A stretch of DNA of 63,301 bases, filler included, from Octopus bimaculoides (taxonomy: Eukaryota), in the NCBI RefSeq assembly GCF_001194135.2. It is 4 parts of 4 records of this genome, joined end to end, with 100 filler letters (N's around TTAATTAATTAA, not from the genome) between each part and the next. Parts side by side here need not be neighbours in the genome. Positions count along the whole stretch, not along the records: positions 56,234 to 63,301 come from NC_068983.1; 3 more parts are not named here. One strand, written 5' to 3'. Shown here in pieces: positions 63,050 through 63,301 of this stretch; position 1 is the stretch's first letter; each line of letters opens with the position of its first letter. The translations under genes and the position numbers were made by a program. The notes under the pieces are model-generated. The model saw only the letters and a list, made by a program, of their open reading frames with translations. It ran no database searches and was not told where the DNA came from.

Positions 63050-63301
63050 GTGAATCCCTAAAACTCGAGAACTACGCAACCAATTTCATTCAAATTTTAC
63101 ACATGCCTTGCTTAGGGTTCCAGTTGTGTTTTAGTAAAAAAAAAATTATTAACTTCTTGCAGAGTTCGAGCACACGGCAACATAATATCTCCTCCACTAT
63201 TTAAGTATTACGTGTCAAAAGTGAAACAAAAACACTCTTGTCAAATACTTTCACTTTAAAAATGAAACTATTCCACTAACTGAAACAATTACATTTCGAT
63301 A
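62981..63301 (+). mobile_element. second copy of the same Helitron (5' part, cut by the window end)
   Basis: A/TCTATATATATAAAAATGAG start; near-identical to 59400-59720. Confidence 0.9.

Overview
Eukaryotic, AT-rich, gappy draft-assembly DNA with many N runs and dense (TA)n/(CA)n/(CATA)n/(GATA)n/(TTA)n/(GTT)n microsatellites. The repeat families look like those of an octopus genome (my recognition, not verified). No host protein-coding gene can be named. Almost all long entries in the ORF track are microsatellite or N-gap artefacts. What can be supported is a layered mobile-element landscape: three tRNA-derived SINE families (about 20 copies), RTE-type LINE 3' ends with (GAT)n tails (one with a PHD-type zinc finger inside the RT region), a restriction-like-endonuclease non-LTR relic (R4/Dong-like), mariner/Tc1/Tigger fossils and MITEs, two copies of a non-autonomous Helitron, a long-TIR foldback element, and several Penelope-like (Neptune-type) GIY-YIG fragments. 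The most notable signal is a set of type I hammerhead ribozyme motifs read directly from the sequence. One has a complete core (13008-13052, minus) and forms a tandem pair with a second copy 236 nt away. An RT-less GIY-YIG ORF (58257-59297) lies between two hammerhead-like motifs once a Helitron insertion is removed. There is also a clean 60-nt pre-miRNA-like hairpin (3363-3422).
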